A DNA stretch of 64,000 nucleotides from the human T2T-CHM13v2.0 reference genome, Homo sapiens, in the NCBI RefSeq assembly GCF_009914755.1, contig NC_060938.1. The stretch is one strand, 5' to 3'. The position numbers were made by a program, and so were the translations under genes. Shown piece by piece: positions 19,066 through 32,499 of the stretch (within the stretch, counting starts at the first letter, position 1; each line of letters begins with the position of its first letter). A model generated the notes under the pieces. That model was not told the DNA's origin, searched no databases, and was given only the letters and a program-made list of their open reading frames with translations.

Positions 19066-22000
19066 TAACTAGAAAGGGCATGAGAGCCAAGCAAAAGGAT
19101 CAGCGTTGTATTTCGGAGTCTTTATTCTGAGACTCTTTAACCCCCATTGAGGAACTCCTCTATTTTTTCAATGCTTGTAAATGTATAAAAATAAAATCAT
19201 TGTGCTTTAATTTTCCCCCAAATTTAAAAAATAAAAATAAATGCCAGCAGACCAAAAAGGGCTTACAGAAAAGATCAGGACAAAGGTTAACTTTTCCCCT
19301 CAATCCAAGTGAGTTGTTCGATTTTTAGTTAGATATGGCAACCTGAGGCTGGCCCTGCAGTCTCTAAAAATCTAAAACTCATTTTCCTCTTCTGCTGCAT
19401 ACTGCACAGGGCTGTAAGCTGCTCCCCAAGGCAAAACTCACTCAGAAGGTACTTAAGCAGGTAAGGATTGATTCCCAGGGATAAAACTCACCATCAATAA
19501 CTGCTAACTGCAAAGTTGTTAAAATAATTTAGTTAGAATCTACAAATTTTTAAGCAGTTCTTTCTGGTATTAAATAGTCCAGCTTTCAAGCTCTTGACAA
19601 CTGAAACAAAAATGGTAGAAAATATTTCAGCCGCACCTCAATTTGGAATAGGAAGTGAACATGGGATCCATTTCATATTCCTTTCTCATCCTCTCAGAAG
19701 TACCATCTGATTTGCCCTATGCAGTGTGGTTTCTGTTTTCAGATATATGCATTGATTAACTAAATAGTTTAAACTATGTAATTACTTATTCAAGCTCACT
19801 TAATAGATTTAATCAGCATTGGCTTGGGGAAAGAATTAATTATGGTCTTGGTTACTTTAGGAGACAAAAATCAAAAAAGCATTTATTCAACGAATACTTA
19901 CTGCTATGTGCTCTGCACAGTGGAGGACATAAAAGTCTTTTTAAGATATGACCCATATCCTCAGGGAGCTTAGTTCATATACCAAAATTTTCATGACTTC
20001 CCAATTATATGTCCTTATATCTACAAGCTGTTATGATTATGCACATAAGCTCAGATCTCAAATTGCGTATCTTTTGAGATCCATATGACTTTGTACTTAA
20101 TAGTTATATTTCTGTAATGGGACCAGACCCAAAGAGAGAGGGAAATCTATTTTCAATAAAATTTCCAATAGCTTTCTAACCACACTTTCTTTCTAAATTA
20201 CTGTGCTCATTAATTTTCCTCTTTTTTCTTTTGTCAACCTAATATATCACAAAACTACTATCTAGAATGTATATAAATATGTCTCTTTACTAGGTAATAG
20301 TATCCACATATAACCAAACACTAAAATGATGTCTAAAATACACACTGATCTATGTGACAATAGTTATTACTGCCTCCATTTGATCAAATATATTTCAAGA
20401 CTCAGCCTTTCTAATATATTAGTTTCTATATTATATAAAATAGGAATATTTAAATGATTCTTTTTAATTATCTTTAAATGATGAAAAGGACTCATGTCAT
20501 GTATTATAAAGCTAGACTATTTAGTGGAAAATGCTGAGGATTTTTTTACATTCTGCTTTGCTATTGGTAAAGGAATTTGTTTCATAAATGTCCATTTTCT
20601 AGAATACTTTCTAGAACACTACTTTCTTTGACCTCAATTTCCACAACAATAATTGCCACTGGTTTTGGATTGTGATTTGTTATCCATGTTTATCTGATTC
20701 ACAACACGTCTCTTGTATTTATAAAAGTACTTTAAGACATGTTTCAATTTTTCCCATTAAAACCAAAATTGTGTGGAACATTTCAAAGTATCTCTTGCTA
20801 TATGGTTTCTAACCCACCAAAAAGAAAAAAGAATTGCCTTAAACCAAAATTCAGATTTACTGACTAAGAGGAAACAAAACCTCTTAAAACAGTCTACTCC
20901 CAATCCTGTCTTTTGGAGTTTAATAATTTAAAAAACTTTGAAAATATTATTTAATAATTTTAAACAATTTAGCTCTGTATTTAATTTTTAAAATTTGGGT
21001 AAAAATAAAATACTAGGATTACATAACATCCTGAGGAAGTAACTATAAATCTGTAAACTATCTTTTGATAAAATTAAAGCACTGTTATGAACTGATTCTA
21101 CTTCACCAATTCAATATAAATTATATAAAGATGTCTCATAGAGAAAAAATCTGTTGAAGTGGCTCAATATGAAGCATTATGTACAGGTCATTTTTCTGCA
21201 AGACTTTATATTTCATATACTGTATGTATATGAAATGCTGAAATTGCGTATTACCATAAAATTTTATCTGCTAAAGAAAATGCTCTATTAGTCTAAAATG
21301 TATTTAAATCCATCTCTTTACAGAAACAATTTTTATCAGTATCACTTTCGTGTAGTTATAAAATGTTGATCACTGTCAACTAAAATAAATTCTAATAATT
21401 AATATAATACATACCTTTTTTCATTTAACTTTCCTGCATGTCTTACATTTTAGATATTTTCTTCCAAGAGCACCAACTAACTACATTGACTCCCTCCCAG
21501 TCAAATTTGGGGGGTGGCAAGCAAGGTGGGGGAAGGGGGAGGTGGGAGAACAGAAAAAGAGAAAAATATTAACTACTTGGTTCACCTGTGACAGAACCCA
21601 GAGTGACCTCTTGTGGTAAATACTAACTACAGTACTTTGGTGAACAGCACAACCTTTTCCTAGGCTACACTCTGGAGAATGCAGAAGCATTGTTCCTCCA
21701 AGCTAAGAAACTCGGCTGTGACTCACAAGGAAAGAAAAAGATAAACACTGACTAAACTAAAGGGCTTCTTTAGGAAATCTACTCAGTCGCTATCAATTAA
21801 AATAATCATAACTACGCCCTTCTATTAAAAATAATGTTTATATGATCCTTTTAGTAAGTCAGTTACAAGGTGCCTAGGTAGATGGATGTCTTACACATCC
21901 TACTTCTGGAATCAAGCAAAAGATAAACAAAGAGGGCAATTTCTAGTGAAGATAACAGTATCTTAGAATAAGCATCCCTCTATCAGCAATGTGCTGCATT

Positions 22001-25000
22001 CATTATATAACACAGTGTGGGAATCTAATGCAAGGGACAATCTTGTGGCTTATGTATAAATATAATTTAGGAAGTGGTCAGTATAATTTCAACCTCTTTG
22101 ATATTTTAAATGTTAAAGTGGTACATTATAAGACCTGAGTAAACCAGTGCTTCAAAAACACTGTGTGGTTTTATCAGTATTTCCTGAATAGTGTCTTAGA
22201 TATTAAAGAAAACCTTTCAAGAAAAAATGTCAATAACTTTATAACAACAACAACCAAAATAATGTCCATTTGTTTTCCATTATTTCTTTTAAATTGGCTA
22301 ATTGTAAAAGTTATTATTCCTTTTTTGTTTTGTTTACAGATCACTAGTTCTGCTTCCTCTCTTATAGGTTTCTTTTAAGACCTCAGTTTGTACAAATGTC
22401 AATTCAGCATGAAAATAATTTTGGACTTTTCTACAAGTAAGAGATAGCTGAGTAAAAAAAGTGCTTGTGCAACCAGCTATCTCAAGCAGAATGAAAAATT
22501 GAGGATACTGAGTTTCTTCTCTTGAAAGGTAAGTGGTTCATAAAATACTACCTTCTCTGTTTTCTTCTTTCCTGAACCCCTTTTTTCCCCAAAAAGAAAA
22601 ACACTTCTAGTTTTCCACAAAACTAAAATAAACTTCCAATTTGTCATAAAGCTTAAAATATTAAATAATAATAATTTCTAGTTAAAAGGTATTAATTTGT
22701 AGTTAAAATTTTCAAAATAGCAACCTAGCTTACTGTCACTCAAACTAATCATGTCTGCCTATTTGCTAAGGAATTGAAGACAACATATGAGTAAAATGTG
22801 CTGCCCAAAGACAAAATCAGGTTGAAGGTCTTTGAAATATTTTTTGTCTTTTGAATCTAAATTTTAACCTAAAAGTCCTAAAAACAGTTACTTTCTTCCA
22901 GATACTTAACCTCTACCCACAAGTTTATTGCTCCCTAGAGCCCAATTTAGATTAATAGTTTGCATAAATAATTGAAATTTAAATAAAGGAAGGTATCCTA
23001 ATAATGTTCTAGACACAAATCTAGTCTGTAAGCCCTTGAGGCAGGGGCCTTCTGGGAGACATTGCTCAGCTGTAATGAACTCACCACATAGTCCTCTAAA
23101 CCTTCCCTTACTAATGGCTTATTTTGATCGTACTAGCCAAAAGTTTGTCTAAGCCGTCCTATAGCATTTATACTTTAAACTTTACAACTTCTTAGAGTAA
23201 TAATGTTCTCTATATTTACTAGAATCACATGCTAAGAATTATTATAATTCCTTTTGTCTAGAAATGATCTTATCTTTTATCTTTAAACTAAAAAGAATTC
23301 CTTGCTTCTTTTGAGATTTGGCTATAAAGGGTGTGTGTATCCATCCTACTCAATGGCCCTCATTATTTTATTTTATAGACTTTGAATCACCAGTAACAAC
23401 TTGCAATGCTCGCTTATAACAGACTGAGTCAACTAAATAAGGAAAATAAAAATCCAGTCTCAAGAGGTGTGAAATAATAGCATAGGTTATAGTTGCCACT
23501 CTGGAGTACAGAATACAGTGCTGGTATTCTGGGAAACTGCATCTGAGGAGTTTGGAACTTTATTAAGAAATCCTCAGGTATAAAATTGATATTCAAATAT
23601 GCCACACTTCTTGCTTTTTTGTTTCACATCATCAAAAAAATGTTCTGGTAAATTTGTAACTGGCTGAGATTTCAGTTCATTGGTGATACCCATGGACAAA
23701 TAAATGTCTGACATTTTCTCTTTGTGTCCATTTCCCTTGCATGTCCCATAATCTCTCTCTCTCTCTCTCCCACCCCACCCCTTTCTCTCTGCTCTGTGTG
23801 TTTTGTTTTGTTTTGTTTCCTACATCTCTGTTTTGCTCCTTGTGTGCAAGACAGAGAAAAAGAGTTAGATTGCTTCCTCTCTGTCTGTAGGGTGGTGGAC
23901 ACACTTTACAGACAAATCCTAAAAAAGAAGAAGTAGGATATTCCTCTTTTCAGTTTTCTGGGTGGATGCCTGACCAGCTGAGTGTTTACCTATGTGACTG
24001 TGTATTATCTGGGTATCTCTCTATATCTATGTCTATGTTTGGCTGACTCTCACTGTAAGATCTGACCTTTTCATAAGAAGAAAATGGTATTGTATCAGAA
24101 AGAGCTTTTCTTGGGGTTCAGGTAAAAAGACAAGGCCAGCCTCTGTTTCTTCAATTGTTAAATAGATTGGGAGTGCTGGGTGCTATTCTTTCTCTTCCTG
24201 CTAAACCTCTGCCAACACTTCACTTTCAATGTTGTTAAGTTAGTGAATAATGAAACCTTCAAAGTGACAAACCTGATCCATCTGTGAGAATCCTGAAGGG
24301 AATTTTCTATTAGTCTCAATTAAACAATTTCTCAGGATAAATTTTTCTATTTCTCTGCCAAATCATATAGAAATGACAACTGCGGGATATTCCCCCGTGA
24401 ATGTGTAGACCAATTTAATACCATAATTCTCAATTTCTGAGGTTCTGCCTATAAAAGAGGTACTGAGACTTTTCAGTATTTATCACACACACCTGCATAT
24501 ATACTCACTACAACTATCTAACACACTTCAAACAGTTCAGGGTCTTTGAGTAGTGGTATTCAAAGTTAGCCATAGGCGATTAGAGGTGGCATTTAAGTGC
24601 CAAAACAGATAAATTTTCATTTTCACTTGGTATTGTCCAGGAAAGAAACATTTAACCAATGAAACGATTATGAACATGAAGTGTAAAAAAGATAAAATAC
24701 TCATTAATTTGAGTGGTAGATACAAAATGGAGGCAACAGAAACAGACATTTCTAAGCCACCTAAGGTAAATCTTTATTTCATAGTATATCTACAATTTTT
24801 AAAAATTCAAAAAACTATCTCATAGTTTCATAGTCTGCATAAGAAGCTTCAACCACAGTTGCTATATTAATAAAGTTTAGTCAAGGGATTCTCATGTTCT
24901 TTCTCTTTATAAAGCAGAGCAATCGTAACCCTGCAGATTTTATGTTTTAAGGCCTTCTCTGAAAAGTTCTCTCATAGACCAAATTGCGTGAAGTTGAAAT

Positions 25001-25489
25001 AACCCAAGAGGATGAGAAAGCTGAAAGAAGACTTGTATACTTAACTAATTCCAATAATCCACACATTTTCCCCAAACTGTTTTAAGAGTAATATCCCCTT
25101 GTATTATAGGTTTAGTATAATCTTAATACAAGAAGGTAATCTATAAGAATAAAAATTGCCTACCATTATGAATTTATATAACTAAAAAATATACAGGTAT
25201 TTAAAAGAATATTAGGCCAGACCCTATTCGCTATTTTTTCCGACCCAAATACAACACTACTGCTTTAGACTTTTATTGTTTCAGGCATTGGCCAAAACGA
25301 AGAAATAAAGTTTAAAACCTCAAATTAAAAACAAATAACAAGTCAGATATTTGGGGAAAATACTTTGAAACACTTAAATACAGTTAGTCTCAAAATCAGA
25401 GGAAATATTTACAAGCCTAGTCTTAAAAGAGATTCTAATCTAAGAATTAGTATAATCTAATCTACCATTTAGGGAAAGCATTATTTATT

Positions 25490-25662
25490 TAATTATTTGA
25501 TATTTCAGTGTACCTCTGTCTTTCCCTGTGCCTCCAACTAGGCAAGGAGCCTCTTAAGAAGAGGGGATGTGTATTAATTACTTTTTTTTAATCCCAAGAA
25601 ACCACAGAGTATCTGTGGTATAAGGCACCCAAATAAATATTGTTTCAATGAATGAATAAACA
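25490..25662 (+). mobile_element. L2 3' end
   Basis: Ends CAAATAAATATTGTTTCAATGAATGAATAAA. Confidence 0.65.
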
Positions 25663-26560
25663 AGGCACTATGGAACTGCATAGAGTATTTCCATTGCTTT
25701 GTTCCAAGCTCTACTGTACTCCATATACAGAAATGTCTTTCTCATTATTCTCCAAGCAAGAGATGTCAAAATAACAGCCTCTGAAGGAAAAACTTAAAAA
25801 GATATTCAACATATCTTACTTATGAAGTTTAAAATTATACAAAAGAATTAAAAACAAGTAGAAAACGCAGATTTCAGTAAGATGCAAAGTTTATAAGGTC
25901 TTAAAATGTGGAAATATATAACCATTCCCATCCAAAATATCTTGTAGGAAATGAATGTATAAATGGATGGTATTTTAAAGACACACTAAGGCAAGAAAAC
26001 TTTAACGCCAGTAGCAAGGTAGGATGGCATCTTTTTGATTTTTTTCTAGTTGCATTAAAAGCACAATAGTTACTGCTTCACTTCTACGTTTCTCATGTTT
26101 AAGTCAAACGAAATATATAGATGAATGTACAGTGAAAAACATAGCAAGAAGAAACTTGAAGCACCAATTTGTCCACAGTAATTGGCTTCCCATTTTGCAA
26201 GCACTGAACTCTTTCTTAGGTTCAACCTCAACTACTCTCCCCGGCACAAAGCACCTTTCCCCGTGACCACGAGGGCCAAAAGCCTTTCCAGAGATTTAAA
26301 TCTTGTTAAGTAGCCACTTTCGCAGCCATTCCCAACTTGAGGGAAACCTTTCCACTGAGATTAACTCAGAATTTGGTCAGTCCCTGCTGCTCACTTTGGG
26401 GAAAAATGTGGGAGAAGGAAGAACAAGAAAGATAAAAGCAAAACTCAACTCTATGTTCCAGATGTACCTACACCCTATCCAACCCCTTTCTTTCCTCCAG
26501 TTCTGGGCTCTGGACAGGTGGGAGGGGGTGAGTCTGTCTGGTAGGAAGGGGATGCAACTA

Positions 26561-27244
<684 letters not shown>

Positions 27245-28237
27245 TCAAGCCCCCACCCTCCCAATCCCCCTCAGCTCAGACCGAGACCCCTTCCCCGCGC
27301 CTTCGTCTCCCGGTCTCCTCGTCCACCCCCTCGCGCAGCGAGCTCCGGGCTGAACAGCGTAGCCCAACTTCTGGGCTGTGCGCCTGGTGGTTGCTCCTCT
27401 CCCCGGAGATCGAGGCAAGCGATCGCTGTCCAATCGGGCCGGTGGAATGGGAGAAGAGGGTGCCAGAGAGAGCAGTGGCCAGTCGGAGGCTCACATCTCG
27501 GCGTCTCCCGCTCGGGTCCCGAATCCGGGCTGCTGGCGCGGACGCGGCTCCCGGGGCGGAGGTGCGGGCAGGCTCCAGCTCCAGCCCCAGCCGAGGCTGA
27601 GAGCAGGGCAGGGACTGGCTGGGCGGCGCGCGGGGACGCAGAGCAGCCACCTGACGCTGCTACCGCCCCCCTCCGGGCTCCGGCGCCTGAAACCTTCCTG
27701 AACACTGGCGCTTTCCGCACCGCCCTTACCCCACCCCGGAGCGGGAGCGCGAGCCCTGAAGTCCGAGCGCACAGCCGGCGCCCGGAATGGCCCCTGCGAC
27801 CCGGGCCGGGCTTGGCGTCTGGGGGAGCGTGCGGCCGCCCAGGGGAGTTTCCCCCAGGACCGCTGAGCGCAGGAGGCGATCCGCGAGCCCGCCACCGCTG
27901 CAAAGTTGCGGGAAAGGTTGCACTTGATGTGAAGAGTAGGGGAAGAGGGTGAATAATTCACACCCGAGAGAGGGGGAGTGAGGAGGGCAGTGTTAGCGAT
28001 GGAAAAACGGTAAAGGCTGTGGGGGCGAAGATGCGCCAGGGTGGGGCAGGGCACGAATCACCTCTAACAAACCCCCCAATTTCCAGGCGTTGAGAACGGA
28101 CAGCAGCGGCACCGTTACAAACAGTCCAAAAGCCTGAATGTGTCACAGAGAAAGGAAAATGGCATAAATGCGAAAGGGGTGGAGAGAGATGGAAAGGAAA
28201 GAGGAGCCCGCACTGAGGCACCTTCCTTGATCTAAGG

Positions 28238-28410
28238 CAGTGGTTCTCAAAGTGGCCTGGACGGGCAGCATCCGCATCTGCACCACCTAAGAACTTGTTT
28301 ATAATGCAAATTAGTGGATTCTACCCCAGAGTTAGGGAACCAGGAACTCTGAGGATTGGGTTGACTCATCTGTTTAAACAAGCCCTCCAGGTAAATATGA
28401 TACATGTAAG
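28238..28410. mobile_element. MER5A
   Basis: CAGTGGTTCTCAAAGTG...CAGCATC...ATGCAAATT...AACAAGCCCTCCAGGTAA. Confidence 0.8.
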
Positions 28411-28747
28411 GCTTCCTCTTTTCTCTGGGGGCTGCACCTGGGCCTGTCGAGAAAGGACGATTGTGCAAACAGGGTCAAAGAGTGGGGGACCAAAAGTGCA
28501 CTGCCGCGGCGTCAGCGGTTGGTGGTAGAGCGAAGTCTTCAGTGTTGAAGGCGAAAAGATAGTTGGATGGGTGCGTCCCCTTTTGCTGGGGTCAGAATGT
28601 GCTAGAGGAGAGGTAATTGCGTTAGAAATTATCAAGGTCAGATTACCAGAAGCAGGGAGAATCCCCAGGCAGGGGTGGAAGTACACATCTCAGCACCTGT
28701 CCCCTTTTGGAACCCCCTAGATTACTAATCACTGACCTCAAGACAGG

Positions 28748-28917
28748 ATCTCTCTCTCTCTGTCTGTCTCTGTCTCTCTCTCTCTCCCTCCTTGCCTCCC
28801 CTCCCCTCCCCTCCCCTCCCCTCCCCTCCCTCTCTCTCTCCCCTTCTCTCTCCCCTTTCTCTCTCTTCCCACCTCTCTCTCTCCCCCCACCTCTCTCTCC
28901 CTTTCTCTCCTCTCCCC
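28748..28917 (+). repeat. Polypyrimidine (CT)n/(CCCTC)n tract
   Basis: About 170 bp of almost pure C/T. Confidence 0.95.
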
Positions 28918-29894
28918 AACTGGGTAAGCCTACTGCTTGAAGCAGCTAAATGCAAAACCAGGATCCAGCCTTTACCTTGGGGTCATTTTTTCCCTCTCTG
29001 AAATTTTCAGAGACCAGGCAGCTGAGCAAACCCAGAAGGTTGACACGAGGCAATTTTATTCCGCTAAAAATCTTTATGCAAAAAAAAAAAAAAAAAAATC
29101 AAGAGACTCGGTGGAATAACACTAGGCTATTCTAGCTTTCCACAGGAAGTGCTGCTGGCCATGGAGCTTATCCCCTTACAGTTAAAATGTCTTTTAAATA
29201 CATCAGGTGTGTTTAGTTAAATAACAAGAGACTCAGGTGCAGATTGGATCCGTAGTGAGCTTGCCACAGCAGCACTCAAGAGATACGGCCAGGTTACAAC
29301 TCCCTCCCTGCAGTTGGTGGGAAGAACTGAAACCACCATCACCACAGCAGCCTTAAACACATAATTGAATTTCCCACTCTAGCGATTCTTTTGTGACCTG
29401 TGTTCAAATGATCCTAAACTAATCAGTCATTCATTGGCTGGGTTGGTGAATAGACAGACTTATTTTTTAAACATGTATAATTCATTGATTGCTATTCTAG
29501 ACTTCTAGCATGCTATAATAATTCCATCATCATTAACAGAGAATATTTCAAATCTATATGTTCTTTTGCACATCGTCAGCTGCCCACATCTCGCCTATGG
29601 GTATTGATTTAAAATCTCAGGTTCTCAGCATTTCCCATCTAGTATATATATTCTTGTTCCTAATCATTCCTCTGTGGGTGTATTAACTCACATTTCCCAA
29701 AGAGGAAATTCTTTTGGACTCCATTAAGACACAATCACAAAATTACTGGTAGAACTTTCTTATTCCCATCTGCAGATTCAATTAAATGACATTTATCCTT
29801 TCTTCTTTGTTTCTAATAACTCCATAGCATTATAACGTTTGGATTATTTTAATGATCATAAAAAATGTAGCTGTGTAGTGTCAAAAGGTTACAC

Positions 29895-30050
29895 ACTTTT
29901 CTTAATCTTCTAGTTTAAATTTTCATTTTATAAAGGAAGAAACCAAGACCCAGAGAGATGAAATATCCTGTCCCAGATGACACAGTGCTTTAGAACAGTC
30001 TGCACTGAGACTAAAATCAGGTCTCCTGACCCTGTAGCCAGAGCTCCTTG
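29895..30050 (-). mobile_element. MIR
   Basis: CATTTTATAAAGGAAGAAACCAAGACCCAGAGAG...CAGGTCTCCTGAC. Confidence 0.65.
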
Positions 30051-31189
30051 TAAATAATAGAAAATAACCTAATCTTAGGCTAGTGTGGTAACAACCAGCA
30101 ACATCAAGGATCTCTATTGCCATCGATGATTTTGCAGCCCATGAAAGAAGAGAAACCCTTGGCAACAACTTGCAACTGTTCCCAATCAAAATAGAGTCAA
30201 GGAAAATAGAGTAGCAGCATCATATAGATTGACTGGCCCTAAGGAATATGCTGGCCAGTTGCAACAAGGTGCTAATACAGCATTTTAAAAGTGTGTTACA
30301 GACTCCGTATGTGGGGAACAAACCTCAAGATTTAACAGATGAGAGAGATAGGAATTAGAAAGCTTCAATGTCACACAAAGACAAAGCTTCGTTTTGTTAT
30401 ATTGTCAAAAGTCCATTTTAAAACAGAATCATTTGTTCTTTTCTTCTGTCCCTCCAGGTATGGTAATTAGACCTTGTCTGTGATAACCAAGAATTCCAAT
30501 CCCCAGAAGTGTTCACTGACTCCTAAATCACAGCAGAATGGAAGCTGGCTGAGTGAACTGCAGGTGTGTTCTAGTCTAACCGAAACCAATATAAACGAGA
30601 AGGCTTAGAAAACTGATGTAGGAAGTGATGATTTGGAATTACTACTGATTCACTGAAGGACTCTTTTATCAAATACCCCTCCTCTGAAGATTTTCTAATA
30701 TAGTTTACTTGACAGTAGCTGTAATTATATGTAAATTTTCAAAAATGCATTACAAATAGGTACAGTTGGACTTACTCTTTGATCCCTTTTGTGCAAATGA
30801 TCCAAGCACTACTTTCTCGGGAAATTTTTATCCTGTTTCCTGCTTTCTGTTTCTGAGCAAACCTCAGTACAGCTCCAAGTTACAACCTGTATGTAGATGC
30901 TAAATGGGTGGCTCTGATGGAGGGATGGGAAGAAGGAAAAAAGGAAAGGGGCAAAAGTGATTCCCTATCATGGCCTCCAAGGTTGGCCTCACTAGCAGCA
31001 GCATCACTCCATTCCATTTTTAACTCCCTAAACTTCACTGCGTGCCTTTCCACAAAGCCCTATCCCAGCTCTAGCAGTGAAGCATACAAACATCACTAAA
31101 TTTCTTTGCATGCACCAAATCTCACATTTACACCCATATCTTCTACCTTTCCTCCTTTCTGCTCCCCCCAACTCAGGATCGAAGTTGAG

Positions 31190-31445
31190 AGAAAGCAGAC
31201 TAGAGAGACCTAGTGCTTGGACTGTGGACCCAGACTACCTAGAATTTAATCTTGCCTCTCCCACTTACTAGCTATATGACCCAGGGCAGGTTATTTAAGC
31301 ACAACATCCCTTTCTATAAAATGGGGATAATAATTACCTATTTAATAGTGCTGATATGGAGATTAAGTTAGTTCCTACTTGAAAGCAATGCAGACAATAT
31401 CTGACAGGTAATAAGCACTATGTAAGTGTTTGAAAGTAAATACAT
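31190..31445 (+). mobile_element. MIR
   Basis: CCACTTACTAGCTATATGACCCAGGGCAGGTTATTTAA...TAAAATGGGGATAATAAT. Confidence 0.85.
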
Positions 31446-31489
31446 GAGCCTTTTCCTCCCCTTCAACTTTCATTTACAGTGAAGGCTCT

Positions 31490-31840
31490 AGATAGTGGTC
31501 ACTACTAAGGTTCACCAATATCCAGTTGCCTTTTCCTGCTCCTTGAAATCAGTGTGGCTATGCAACTAATGCTGGTCAATGAAATAGGAATGGAGGGAAA
31601 GGGTGTTACTTCCAAGTGAGCATCTAAGAACCAGGACTTATTTTCTCATCTTCCTCTTCCCCTGCCTCAGTGACTAGGGAATGCCAAGAAATACAAGGAG
31701 AACACCTGCCCAAAAGTGTTACCTAGACCTCAGTAGACATTATATAAGCAGGAAATAAACCTTTGTTGTGTCAAGATACTGACAATCCAGCACTATTTGT
31801 TACTGTGCCATAACCTAGTCTATCTATCCTGGCTGGTACA
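31490..31840 (+). mobile_element. MLT1 (MaLR) solo LTR
   Basis: Ends GAAATAAACCTTTGTTGTGTCAAG...TTTGTTACTGTGCCATAACCTAG...TGGTACA. Confidence 0.7.
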
Positions 31841-31879
31841 GGTTATTAACTTGCTTTGGGAACAGGAGATCAGAGGAAC

Positions 31880-32370
<491 letters not shown>

Positions 32371-32499
32371 GAACAAGGCTGCATCCTATGGGAATCTCTG
32401 GGGTTTCAATACTGTATGAAAATCCTCAGCTCCCAAGGATCATACCTTCAGTTTCACCTCTCCCACAAAGGCTCTATTACATGCAGCTGTGAGTTTCTG

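Noticed and set aside
21210-21236. 11-bp inverted repeat ATTTCATATAC/GTATATGAAAT
   Set aside because: AT-rich and short enough to be expected by chance.
28689-28703. CTCAGCACCTGTCC, overlapping RE1 half-sites
   Set aside because: The halves overlap in inverted orientation, which does not fit known REST geometry. At most a half-site.
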